Positions 41,201 through 54,186 of a stretch of DNA of 64,000 bases are shown one piece after another; the first letter of the stretch is position 1, and the number at the start of each line of letters is the position of its first letter. The translations under genes were made by a program, and so were the position numbers. A model generated the notes under the pieces. It made no database searches, was not told the origin of the DNA, and was given only the letters and a program-made list of their open reading frames with translations. The stretch covers positions 1-64,000 of the forward strand of contig JAAILG010000115.1 of NCBI GenBank assembly GCA_012026655.1, in the 5' to 3' direction. The DNA comes from Hydrolagus affinis. Taxonomy: Eukaryota.

Positions 41201-44200
41201 ATAGGAAAACACTTGTCTCCTTTTACATTTTCAAAAGAAATAGCAACATGCAAATTTCCAGCCGATGTGAGTATTTTATCTGTTGAGCAATCAATGAAAA
41301 CCAACATTTTATATCTAAGATCAGGAGCGCCACATATTTACTAGGCATATAACCAAAGTAGTTTGTGTATTAGAATTCCATGCTTGTATCAGGAATCTGC
41401 AGATTTACAGTCAGCTGTCTATTCTGCAATTAATTTCCCATTCATTAGTCCCAAAAATCAATATGACTTCAGCAGTGTACATTAACAATAAAAACAATCA
41501 TAATACCGCACACACAAAAATAAAAATTTAAGGAAAACAACATTTGTTTTACTGGGTCAATACAACAACAACAAAATTACATTTATATAGTGCCTTTCAT
41601 GTTAAAACTATAAAATGTAATTGCACATTTTTCCTTTTAATATAACCAAAAGTATAATAGCACTTGTATTTCATTAACATTCAATAAAATATCAATTATA
41701 TATTGCTTAATTTTTTAATATTGCTTTTTTAATTAGTTCTTTGACTCAAAACTGAAACTTTGTATTGGAAAGAGTTTTTAAATAATTGGAAAATCCAAAT
41801 GGATGCAGCTGCTTTATTTGTTCCTTTCTAAATCTCATCACACTGAGCTCAGAAGAGCAGATCTGAGGTGCCTTTGGGAATTGTAGGCCTCAGACCATGT
41901 TTCGACAGGAACAACTTTTCAGTCTTGATTTGCTGAAGTACAGATCTACCTGGGTCAGGAGGTCAAAACTACAAACAGCTCAACTTTTCTTCCATCTGTA
42001 CTTTGGACAACAGCTGGCAAATGGATCTGAATGAAACACATCCTCACAAACAAAAGAACAGGAGGTAGGCGCAAGGGCACTTTATTACCTGGAATCACAA
42101 TAGGTGATACCAGCTACACAATGGTGTACATTCAGCCATGAATATCTATCTGGTGGATATATGTGGAAATACAGTAAGACGCAAGTAATAAAACTAAAAC
42201 TCCTCTCTAATCAGAGGCTAACCAAAAGTCTGCTGATAAAATGCTGAATAATCTCCTGATGACTTTGTTGGGATTCAGTACTAAAAATAATTGTAAGTAA
42301 GGGCAAAATTACACTATGGTAAGAATAAGACTTTGAAAATGATGATAACATTAGTCTGAATTATTCCCCATTTGCAGTTGACTGCCTTTCAATTGCACAC
42401 AAACGATCTGTTTCCTTTGACCTTGTAAACGCTCAGGCAATAAAGCAACATTTTTTCACAATGCATTGCAGTAACTGATGCTTCAAGCATTATTTCTCAG
42501 AAATGTTACAAGCAATAAGGTGATCTCAAAAAGTCCATTAATCCCTAATTAGCCTGAATTCAACCACATGTAATGTAAAGCAGTATTTGGCAACCACAAA
42601 TAAACTGTGGCAAATGAATTTGCTAACTGTATTCAAATAGATGCCAGAATTTCACTGTTATACAATATTAGTATTCATTGCTTTACAGTGGCAACCTGTC
42701 TCTAGCTCTGGGTGTTCAGTGCATACACACAGGTTTGAATGAACACTTGAAAAGATCCCAACAGCCAGTTGAAGCAAGGGCTGTATATACTTATAGACAG
42801 CTTTCAAAAAATGTCATTAAAAAATAATAATCCTTACACTTTACTTACAGTCAGTGCCTTTATTGCCAGGAGGATGTTTCAAAGTGCTTCATGGGATTGT
42901 ATTGTAAATTATGGTAATTGTGTAAACTCTTGAAACCTTCAGGTGAGAGCTCTGCAGGTAGTGGTTCTTTAGCAAGAATGTCCAGGGCAGCTGATAAGTG
43001 TTTGCTGTCATTTGTAATAATAAGTACTTTCTATTATAGACTACAGACTCACAGCAACCCTATTGAGATACTGAAATAGGACTAAAGGCTGAGATGGATT
43101 GCATTGGAAGCCAGTTTCCAAAATCACACCTCTGTACCACACCTACGCTAATGACAATTGCCATGTGGAAATTGTACCCATCATTCAATACCATTCATGT
43201 GTCAGTTATAAATGATACCAAACATAGACGGTACAGGTTCTGATGTGTTGTGAATAATTAGCTATATTAGTGGACTGGCTTCAGTTCAAATTTACAGATG
43301 CTACAAATCAAAAATATATCCACATTTGAAAACAGATCCATCCTAATATTTTAACCTCTACAATGGCAATCATAATACTATAGCTACAAGACAACATTTT
43401 GCTTGGAACAGAATTACAAAAAATTGTGCTTATTCAGTTGTTTTGACAATGAATGACACTTAAAGGTCAACTTTTACAAGTCAATTTCAACCTGAACCAA
43501 ATTATATTTACATAAACATGGACCAAGAGTTCCACCGAATGCTACAAAGAAACTTGTGACATACCAGTTAAACTCTAAATTCAAGAAAATAAAATTCATT
43601 TCTGTATAGTTGTTAGAAAGCTACAGGATGTTTTTTTCAAAAAAATCAAGTTTTATGAACAAATCTCCTTCTGTCAACTTGTTATCATCAGTAAGGCACG
43701 AGTGTGAGATGGCACGCCTGGCTGTCACTTTATTCCACTGCTGATTCGAGAGAAAAATAATTGAAGTTGAAAAACTAGGCATCAAGCTGTAGCACACTAG
43801 AGCAGTACCTAAGCTTCTCTTGCTTTGTTTAATTAGCAAGAGGCCTCAGATGAGGTGACAGTAACGGCACTCCAATGAGACTCAAAGGCCCTGAAATATA
43901 GAAGGGAAGATCAGCCACTTTTCAATTCTCAATCATTATTCAGTGACCCCTGCTAGAAAGTGTGTGTGCAAATCATGTGAGGATAGGATCAGGCTTGACC
44001 ATATTGCTCTCTCAGTGCATAGATACTATTCTAGTCACACATGGAGAACAGCCGCATCATTAGCAATTTTAGGAGAGGAAATCCAATGATGGAAAGTAAA
44101 CATTTTCAGTTTCCTAGAAATGACAATACTTCTACTGTGGAACACACAGTATCTGTATTTATTTCCTTATCAAACAGAAGGCATCAATGACAATCTGACA

Positions 44201-44599
44201 CAAAAACTGCTCAACTTCTAGAAGCGTTACATTATCACAATGATTCTACTGTTACAGTTACATTGTTCAGCAATGAGATCAAGCCAGTCAGGTCCTCATT
44301 TCCTTCTTTCACTCTATTCTATCCCACAAGCCCAGACATTCTTCAATGTTGCGTAAAAAGGCACAGAGGAAAACATGCCGTGTATGAAACCATTTGGTTT
44401 ATTGAACTGCACAACCACTAAATGAGCACAGATGGAAACAGCAATTGCACATATCATCAGTACCACCAAGGTTGCTATGAGGACAATAACGTGTGCCAAC
44501 TCACTGATGCAGCTAACTAAACACTGAAGAATTATTAAAAGCAGGAATATATGGAGGTAACAAGTATGGTAGGTGGCAGAAGTAGGAAAATTCACAGAT

Positions 44600-44860
44600 C
44601 AAAACATAAGAATTTGTGAAAGAAGACCAAGGTCCATCTAGTTTGCCTTCCACCATCCTGTCGGTTGGACATGTGTCCCAAACTATATACTGTATCCTAA
44701 GATATTATTTTCTAGCAGAAATCTGTCTAATTTGTTCTTGAAACCAATACAATTTTCTGTTTCCACCATCTCCCAGGGAGCCTGTTCCATAAGTTTACTG
44801 CTCTCTCGCTGGAGTAGTGTTTCCGCAGATTTGTTCTGAATTTACCCCCCACCACCTTAA
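44600..44860 (-). mobile_element. CR1-clade LINE 3' end
   Basis: AAACATAAGAA...AGACCAAGGTCCATCTAGTTTGCCTTCCACC...TCCACCATCTCCCAGGGAGCCTGTTCCA is a typical inverted CR1 terminus. A shorter relative lies at 7860-7960. Confidence 0.65.
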
Positions 44861-46783
44861 ATCAAAGGCAGTTTAAGATAAAACCATTTATATATTCAAT
44901 GTGGGGAATTATTTTTTGTTATCAACATCCCCCAAAAATATTGCTTTAAACTTTTTTTTGTGGGTTGTAATTTAAAATATTTGAATCATCCTTTTGTAAT
45001 GAAACAAGAAGATTGTAGAAAACAATTGGAACAGACCTCAGACCAGCTAAAATTGCATAGCTAGCTAGCCACTGATGACCTGTCTGGCAAGCTTTCCCAC
45101 TGCTTGTCCAGCTAGGACCAGACTACAGGTTAGGGCTTTGGCTTTCAGGGTAAACAGAAGCTGAGTACGCGTGTGGATTACATCAGTCCAGGGTGAGTAT
45201 TTCTGTACGCATTTATACAAAGTACATATTACCATACAAGCATATATGCTTGCTTCACTTTGCGCACTCACTGCAGTTTTATATAGAGAGCTTTAGAGAG
45301 ATGCTCAGCAATGGCCAAAAATCTGCCAGGGAAAAATGATAGTGCAGAAGTCAAACTATGATAGATGTTTCAGCACAACACCAAAGTATGAATTGTGCTA
45401 CACTAAAACTCAACTTTTGAATGTGAAGCCTAAACAGGGTGGTGTCATATATAAAATAGAAGAACATGTTATTGTTATTGGTATTCTCCTTCTGAAATCA
45501 ACAGCAGTGTTGATAACAACCATTGCTTCAGGCAGATTAACAAAATTTCCCAAATAAAACAAGCAAAATGTATCAAAGTGCCGAATCGTGTTTTGTTTCT
45601 CAATTAATTATTTTCATACATAAACATGCTCACATGTACAAACTGCAGTTTTGAAAACACGATTCCACAATGTCACAAAACTGACAGTGACCTTGAATAT
45701 TTTTGCTGCAACTGAAGTGTTATTTTTAAATACAGTTTTATCATTCAATGTCAGTTTCAAAACACTGCATCACATCTTAAGCGCTTTGAGACGTCTCGAA
45801 GACATGATAAAGCGCTATATCAAATGCAAGGATTATTATTATTATCTTTAAATTTAAAAATCTTTCACCACATTGCTGAGAAATTATAGACATGGTGTGT
45901 TAAAATACGTTGCAATATTAGCGCACAACTAAGTTTTAAATTCATAATTATTAAACTGATTCTGAGGACAAATCAAAATTCCCTATTTATAACAACAACT
46001 AAACTATATTTGGATAGCGCAGTTCACGTCGTGAGGACACCCCAAGGCGCTGAATATTTCTAAGGCATTCTTTGCATCCTTACAAGATAGTAGCTAGCTG
46101 GTCCTGCACATGGACCAAAAGCATGAAGGATTATGATTTCTATTTATTGTTAAGAAAGGCCTGCTCCCCTTATTGGGCAAATATCTGTGCACAACTCCAG
46201 TTGTGGAAGAAACATGCAGAAACTTATTTAATTTTTTTTAATAACAATCAGGAGGGAAGCTCCATACTGAGAAAAGCTGCTGGATATATACTAGAGGGAG
46301 GAACGGATTCAAACTGTCTTGTTTGTAGCAGACAGGTACGGTTGTCATCTTAGTGCAATTTAAAACGAGTTGGATTTAACCACAGGAACGCAGGAATCCA
46401 AATACTGTATACAGAACCTCTTTTAAAAAACAGTATCAATACTATAAAATGCCCCATTAGACAGGCCATTTTCTCAGTGCTAGTGGAACTAGGTAGCACA
46501 ATAGCATGACCTTTAATATGGATTTTATTAGCATTTCCATACAAGGATCCAAAGGGGTTGCAATATGTGCTATCAGACTGTGATGTGAGACAGTGCATCA
46601 AGCAAATTACTAGTCATTTTGCAAATGGAATAGTTATATTCCCTGCTGATCTATGTTGAACAGTTATTTTTATCAGCTGAAACTCCAAATGCTATTGAAC
46701 AGAAATTTGACTTAAAGCATCATACGTTCAAACCAATTACAAAGAACATGTCTTTGTCAACTATGAAGAACTAGGCAAGGATG

Positions 46784-46786
<3 letters not shown>

Positions 46787-46816
<30 letters not shown>
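46787..46816. repeat. (TG)15 microsatellite
   Basis: Perfect dinucleotide run. Confidence 0.95.
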
Positions 46817-46822
<6 letters not shown>

Positions 46823-49800
46823 AAAGTGTTTCTTGGCCAGTATGAAAAAGTAGCCTGTTCATGCCAACAAACAGATTACTGTTTCTAATTAATGGTCCAT
46901 GCCACAGTACAGTGAAAAAAGCGCTATGCTCAAAACTTCAGTGATAATTTATGGCAGAAGAGCGCTACTGACACAGCTTTTATGAATAAAACACCACAAT
47001 GTTATTTGTCTTGTAAAGCTAATCTATTCACCGACTGTGGAACAAGATTCACAAGCACATGGTGTCATCAGCCGCTAGACTTGCATGGCACACCAAAACA
47101 CCCAGATTTACTTGGTCAATTCACCGACAATAAACGTACAATGTTAATACAGTACATCCTTCATTGGCCGGATAGGGTCTATATACAATATTCTTGATGC
47201 TCAAAAACAAAGCAGCATTATTCCAGTTAGAATGGATGCGGACAATGACCCACACATTAGTTCTGTTTGTGGGGCTTTGCTGTGCACATTCTCCAACAAA
47301 ACAATTGCACTTCACATTATACCCTGTGAAGTACTTTGAGACATTCCCCCCTTGCCGCCACATGAAAGGCACTGTACCAAATGTAAGGATTATTATCTGA
47401 CAAACACCCATCGGAATGCTTAACACTATTCTAAACAATCAGAATTCCACATATGCAGATTGCATGGAAATTTCCCTTTGTGTGAAATGATGTGCAAACT
47501 CTTCCCCAGGAGGGATACACCCTGCTTACCTAAGTATGTAAAGTATAACAACAATAACCATTGCATTCGGCATACATAACACCTTCACAATAAATGCAGT
47601 GACTGTGTATTTTCTGGCAATGTGGCAGCCAATTTGCACACAGCGGTCTCCCATAGTCAGGGGTGAAAGATCAATTTAACCAGGGTTTCAACAAAACACT
47701 TCACCTTAATTCAGTGTTCACCTCAGTAACACCCAATTGATTTTAGTAACTTACTAAAGTATATAGAGAATTTCAGGCAAGAACCCAACCCTACTATTCC
47801 ATGGCATCACATTATAAAATGCACTTTTATTGCACTATATCGCATATAGTTTTCAAATCATGCTAAAATTCTCAAATCAGAAATAGACACCCAATCCACT
47901 AAATACAAGAGTTGGGGGTAAATATTAATAATAATCCTTGCATTCTGACATAGCTCCTTAACACATTGTCAAGACATCTCAAAGCACTTCACAAGATTTA
48001 GTGGTTACAGTGTATAGATAATAAACAAAAAACTGCAGCCAATTTGGTGTTACAATATGTGACAAATAGCCATAATAATAATACTTGTGTTTGATAATGC
48101 AATGAAGTGAATGACCAATTTTATTAATGTATACAATACGATATTGTAGGGAAACAAGAGTAAACCCCAAATCAGATCTGAGCAGAACGACACAGTGATG
48201 GTTGGCGCTGGCCAACTAGCTGAGATGGTGTTGATTTTGCCAACAATCTTTGGGAGAGTCCAGTGCTGCTTTATCTGTACAGCAACATCAACTCACTCAG
48301 CAAAGCCAAGTCCAAAACAATGCTTGAGTGGAGAGAGCAAATCTAGGCAGGGGATTCTGGATGATGGGAGGGAGAAATTGTCCTCTTTACCAGATAATGT
48401 GATACTGAAAGAACATTCTTCTCTCCAGAGGGGCAAATTTACCAGAAAACTGGATCCCCCCCACATTGAAAGGCAGTTACTCCCCCTTTAGTGCTTTCGA
48501 ACATTTGACAGTAAAGGGTTTTATTGCAAACTGACATTGCGTGGTTCTTATTCAATTCTTTCAAGTAAGCACACAATCAGTGAGTCATTTTCACTGAATA
48601 GATTACCAGAAAAAATGTGAATCACTACTACTCCAATAGAATTAGATTGAGATACAGCCACATGTGTTCATTTTCCCATTGTACCCAATTCCTCAATGAG
48701 ATTTAATCATCACTTCCTGGAAGTCTACACCCTGCAACCAGCTAATAGTGTTTACAGTGGCTCCATACTTAAAAAGATTGTTTTTCATACTGTGTCTGCA
48801 GTAAGGTTACCTGCGTTATAAATATTATTCACAAATCTATTTCAATCTTTTATATTCTTAAACTAACAGTGTAGAATATTTTAATCTGCACATTCCTAGA
48901 TCAATTAAATGTTTCAATATATTGACATAACTGGTATAGTTCTTGTCACTTGCAAGAAATCAAAGGATACTATTACTGAACAAAGTTAGAAACTATCTCC
49001 AATCTAAAGATAGAAGTAGGACAGTATGACCTCAATATGTCGCACAGCCAAATTTATGCAATGTTCCAAATTGAGGACCACAGGGACACATGTCCTACTT
49101 CTCCCTGCATTCAGTGAAAACAATCTGCATGGATTGAGTTCCAGCACTGTGGATTACTTAATCCAAGCAGGATATTTTTATTGTCCGAATGTCCATCGAT
49201 CATTAGGACATTAAATATATAAAATTGAAAGTAGTATCTATTGGCGTTCCTTATCATACCTAATCTGTAAGAAACGACCAAAATGCACTGAGAGAACAAC
49301 AACTCATATTTGTTACAGATCTTTCTTATTAGAAATACATCTTAAAGCAATCAACACTGAGAACACAAGCTGAAGCGAGGGAACTGAAGTATGAGAAAGA
49401 AAGCCCAAAGCATGGTGGATGGAAAACATTGGTCTCAAAACAGGAATTAAATCGTGGAGGGAGAGAATGCAAGGTGGGATAAAATTCTAGATGTTGGTGG
49501 TGAAGTGGCTGAAAGATACGGTGGAGATATGAAACCATCCACATTTATGCCTAAAAGCTTCTCATCTTAGTTTGTTTAAAAAAAAGTTGTGTAGGCTAAA
49601 TGCAGTGTCACACAAAGGAGTGAATTTAATATGTACTTTTTGTTGATTGGTTACAATGATGGGAGTTGTAGGGGAGGAAACAAGAAAAACACTCGATAGT
49701 CTCAGTTTTAAAATCCATTTCTTCATGCTTAGCGAGTATTATCATTCTAAAATGACAAGGGATCTGTCTGCATCTTCAAAAAAATCTATAAAGAAGAAAA

Positions 49801-50384
49801 ACACACCAAAATATTTGTACACTCCAGATACTCTTGTAGAAGATACAATATCACTTGGAACAGTGGGGTGATGGGATTCAGCAGGCTGTATTTCAATTAT
49901 CCCATTGCACCTCTTAGTTAATAGATCATCTTCTGGAGCCTAAAAATAACTAAACCAATTTCAGACCAACTAGCTGAAAACACCCTTGCTCTACATTTTG
50001 CAGCACTGATTTAAAAGTGTAGTATAATTGAGTCATTAATCATATATATATATATATATAAATAAAATGGATGAAAACTTGCTATACTTCAGGCTTGTGA
50101 CATCAGCATTTGCTGTAAGTATTTTTTCCACTGATATGGAGCACAAATTCCTGTTACTTAACTAAATCTTTACTCCATTAACTCTGCCAAACCTGTTACT
50201 CATGCATTACTAACCCCGGCTATTTCAGTTTAAACTTATTGATGTACTTTTAAGGAGCTCCAACTCCAGGTGATTCAGAGGAGACACACATTTTATTCAA
50301 ACAGAAACCTCCTCCGGAAATAAGCAAAAACGATCGCGGTCATACATCATGTAGGGCAGTAGGGTAGCACACCACAGGTTCATA

Positions 50385-50552
50385 ACAATAATCCTTGCGT
50401 TTAATATAGTACCTCATCACGACTTTGAGATGTCTCAAAGTGCTTCAAAGAATATGCTGTAAAGTGAACTGCCTGTATATTGCGTGGGAGAAACCCGACA
50501 GCCGATTGCGCACAGCAGTGTCCCACAAACGGCCGTGGATTGATTGACTGAC
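50385..50552 (-). mobile_element. tRNA-SINE 3' half
   Basis: AATAATCCTTGCG...GATTGCGCACAGCAGTGTCCCACAAAC. Confidence 0.8.
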
Positions 50553-50921
50553 CAGGAAATGGGTTAGCAGTCCCGTGTGCAAAACAGAATGAGCAAAAAG
50601 CATCTCTCTGCCTTGCACTCACTTGGCTGAAAGGTGAAAGTTTGCTGGATGGCTGCCAAACCGAGGCATTTATAACTCACCAGAGTCCTTCCACGGTTAC
50701 TTCTGACAGCTCAGAATTATGCATGATAGTCCGCAAGGAGCCTGAGCAACCGTTGCCTGGGCATTCAATCAAAGCATTTTATTTTGACACCATTTAATTT
50801 TATTTCTTTTGCGCGGATATTGCTCTCACGGTCACGGTTTCCCGATGTTGAAGAGAAGGGGAAGAACAAGCAGGGATTGTTTTACCGTTTTCTCCGCTGG
50901 GGAGGGTCGGACGAGAGGGAC

Positions 50922-51216
50922 AATGATAAGAATCCTCGCCTTCGATGAAGCGCTTTTCACCTCTATCTAGACTCCTAAAAGCGCTTCACGGAATATACTG
51001 TAAAGTGACTCGACCGTCTATTTGTGGGCCAATGGAGGCGGCCAACTGCGCACCGCAGCGTCTCCCACAAACAGCCTGGGATTGAAGTGATCAATTCATC
51101 ACCGTTTATTTTTTGAGGGATTATTATCAGGCGTGTCGGGAGTAAGGGAACCCATCCCCCAAGGTTTCGCCCCCTGCCCTGGGATCGAACCCAGGTCTCT
51201 CTCCCACAGGACTCCG
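50922..51216 (-). mobile_element. tRNA-SINE with a deletion in the tRNA head
   Basis: Family body, then GGATCGAACCCAGGTCTCT joined to CACAGGACTCC with the A-box segment missing. Confidence 0.8.
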
Positions 51217-51819
51217 TGTGTGCGAGTGTGTGTGTGTGTGTGTGGGGGGGGGGGATGGGTGTGGATGTGGGTGGGTGGGTGGGTGGGTGGGTGTGTTGAA
51301 TGGGTTTGGAGACGAGTAGCTTTGTGTAAAAGTAGTTGGGAGTGGACGGATCGATCCACAGAACACGATCCATCTGATACTATACGGGGAGGATCGCCCT
51401 GCCTTTAGCACGGTCACGTTTGTGAAATCGATACTTTCCTTTCAAATGCAAATAAAAGCTCTTTTTCTCTCTCTCTCTTTCTCTCTGTACGATATCTACA
51501 ACCCACCATCTTCACATCCCCTATTCAGATGACCCTCTCTCCTCTTTTCTCCCTCCCTCTCTCTCCCTCCCTCTCTCTCACTGGTCTTGTGTTCATCCGT
51601 TTCATTCAAATGCAAAAGACGCTCAGTAGAATTGCAAAGAATAATCTCGGACTTCAGACCAATTCTAACCTCCACCTTTTACACTTTCTTCCTTTTTGAA
51701 GAAGAAAAAAAAACTCTCTCTCTCTCTCACACACACACACACAGAGAAACAAGTTTGTAAACGTTAAGACAACTTAAGGGAAAACAAGAGTCGAGATCCG
51801 CAAACTGTACGAGTCTTAC

Positions 51820-51886
51820 CTTTCACTTGAGTTTCATATTCGGTGATGATTTCTTTATCCTTCTTAAACCTGCTGGGGGTTGACAT
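51820..51886 (-). CDS. SRGAP1: SRGAP1 (SLIT-ROBO Rho GAP 1) coding exon 1, 67 nt: MSTPSRFKKDKEIITEYETQVK(E)
   Basis: Minus strand reads ATG TCA ACC CCC AGC AGG TTT AAG AAG GAT AAA GAA ATC ATC ACC GAA TAT GAA ACT CAA GTG AAA G|GTAAGA. This matches the srGAP1 N-terminus (human MSTPSRFKKDKEIIAEYESQVKE). Canonical donor at 51819; phase joins exon 2. Too short for the ORF track. Confidence 0.96.
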
Positions 51887-52800
51887 GTTCACAAGCTTCT
51901 GGTAACGTCCCTTCCCCCCACCCCTCCCACCCCCTTCACCTTCACCCTCCCCACCGCAACTTCTTTACAACAACGACGACAGCGTCCAAACAAATGAACT
52001 GCGATCCACTTTGCCGGCTGGTCTGGTCTGATCTGGGTGTGTGTTGTTGGCATCCGCTGGGACAACAACCTGAATCCTCAACATGAAACAATATCAACCA
52101 AGAGAGGGTCGGTCTGTGTCTCTCTCTCTCTCTCTCTGGTCTGATCGCTGGAGATCAATAAATACACGGAGCGGCTACAGGGAAGGGAGCAGTCAATCAG
52201 TCATGGCCAGCCTTAACGGTGCAACTTTTGTGAAAGCATTTTTTTTAAGGGGGAGGGGGGGGGGGGGGGGAGAGAAAGGAATCTGTAACTCAATCCCTCC
52301 ACACACACCGAGAAATCACAATATGTGGTCAAACAAACGCCGTGTAACCGGAATGCAAATCCAGGATGACTTTTCCCCGGCTCCAACCTTGAGAGAGAGA
52401 GAGAGAGAGGAAGGTAATGGCTGGTAACAAAAAAAACCTGTCGACTGCCACAGCTCTGAGCTACAGCTGCCCTCACACACACACACACACACATTCACTC
52501 CTCAATTAGCCTGGGTTCGTTGCCGGAGTTCTATTCACTTACTATATAGTATTTGAGTTGCCTCCTCCCAGAGACTTTAACACACACTCACACACACACT
52601 CACTCACTCACACACAGAGGCTGCTTTCAAACGCTGACTTTGGTTTTCTATCCCCCACCCCAAAAAAAACCCTAAAGCCACCACTGTCTGTCAGACTATC
52701 TAACTAACCTGCCACGTTAGGAAGAGGGAACTTTCAAGAGTATTAAAGGCAAGGCTCGATCCGCGCCTGTACTGTACTGTGTGATGTGTAGTGCAGTGTA
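51887..52800 (-). other. SRGAP1: Probable SRGAP1 5' UTR / exon 1 leader with (CA)n, (GA)n and G/C runs
   Basis: Lies between the promoter motifs and the ATG; microsatellite-rich. The upstream boundary is a guess. Confidence 0.5.
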
Positions 52801-52889
52801 ACAAGCCACCAGCCCACTGGGCAGCACAGGCAGCAGCTGGTGACTCAGCCTCTAAAGTGAAGGGGAGAGAGAGAGAGAGAGGGGGGGGG

Positions 52890-53060
52890 GGGCGAGTCAG
52901 CGGCTGTGATTGATAGGCAGAAGCCGTGATTGACAGGAGAACCTGCCAATCACACGGCCCCCGTTTCCCGGGCAACGTTCGGAATAGTATCAATCGGCGG
53001 CCCGGGCAGCGTCGTGATTGGCTGGCTCCAAGGCTGAAGGCGGGACTAGAGGAGGAGGTC
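52890..53060 (-). promoter_or_regulatory. SRGAP1 proximal promoter within a CpG-rich region
   Basis: CpG/GC-rich stretch ~1 kb upstream of the ATG. Motifs: TGATTGATAG (52907-16), TGATTGACAG (52927-36), CCAAT (52946-50), X-box GTTTCCCGGGCAAC (52963-76), ATTGG (53017-21) and GC-box-like AGGCGGGAC (~53038-46). The TSS cannot be fixed from sequence. Confidence 0.7.
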
Positions 53061-54186
53061 AGACAATGGAGTTTTTACTCCACCCTCACTCGCCCTGTGC
53101 TCTCTGACTGTGTGTGTCTCTGTCTCTCTCTTGACTCTGTGTGCATTCAACTCTCTCTTCATTTCTTCCCTTTCTTGGCTGCGCGGTCCCGTCCTTCTCC
53201 ATCCTTGGGGGGGAAAGGGAGGGGAGTTCGCCGCAGAAACCCCTCTGCAAAATCTTTTGCCGATCCAAAGAATTTTTGCCGATCGCCGTCTGGCTCCTCG
53301 CAATGGGACGTCCTCCCGGCCTGAAAGGCGCTAATACAAATGTAATTTTATATAGTGTTTGTAATCTAATGTCACGTGAGACCCAACCCCAGACCCCTTT
53401 CTAAAATAAAGCCCATCATCGCATTGATCCAGGGGCTGGAGAAGGGTCGACGATCCAGGCTTGACCTGGTCAGAATTTCTTCACCATTTAAATCTTTTGA
53501 AAATTCATGTTATCTTTTTTTTTAAAGTGTGCTTCGTATTAAGGGGGAAGAGATTGAACTCTTGTCTTTACAAGGTGGGTTGGTCACAAACAAGCCACCC
53601 GAGTGTGCAGATCTCGGAATCCCTCTGTTTGTGGTTGGTGGTTAGTGTTTTCCCACCTGTTCAATTATCTCTCTTTCTTGGACCTCAACCTGTACAAATA
53701 GCCAATTAAGATTGCCTTTGGGTTAGACAGTAGTGCCCCTTCTGGGTTTAGCTTCACTCGAATTCTACCGAGTCTCCAGATTTTTCGTACAATCATTTGA
53801 GATTTTTCCTTCACAAAAGTGTTTTTCTCGGGGCTAATGGTGGAAGATACCAGCTCCGAAGGCAGGGGGTGTTGTCTGATGGAAATTAGATGAAATAAAC
53901 TGACGATATATCCTATCCAAAAGCCAATTACTACCAGATGTTAAAACACAGCAGTATGTGTAAGTTCTGTTTTTATGTGTGATGGATTTAATCGTTAAAA
54001 AAGGGTGCAGAGTTTGCTGCTCCTTTCTCACTGTCACTCTGCCTTTGTGAAAGGACTTGTTGCCATGGTTAAGTAGCTTGAAAAAATCTTAGCTTGAGGA
54101 TGCAGGCCAGAAGGTCATTTTGTGTTGTCTGCAAGTATTTGGGGGCTACATAATGGTGGACTGGTTCCTGAAAGCGCTTGGGCTTT

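Larger units (their letters stand above)
8901..51819 (-). other. SRGAP1: SRGAP1 intron 1 (42,919 nt, GT-AG)
   Basis: Bounded by the exon 1 donor and the exon 2 acceptor; repeat-rich; no other convincing coding exon seen inside. Confidence 0.88.

Noticed and set aside
50975-51417. Overlapping His/Thr/Pro-rich ORFs
   Set aside because: Products of (TG)n and (GGGT)n repeats plus a SINE.
52926-53404. Divergent plus-strand ORFs at the promoter
   Set aside because: Stop-poor GC-rich sequence with no recognisable protein and no ATG start for the longest ORF. A divergent lncRNA cannot be judged from sequence.
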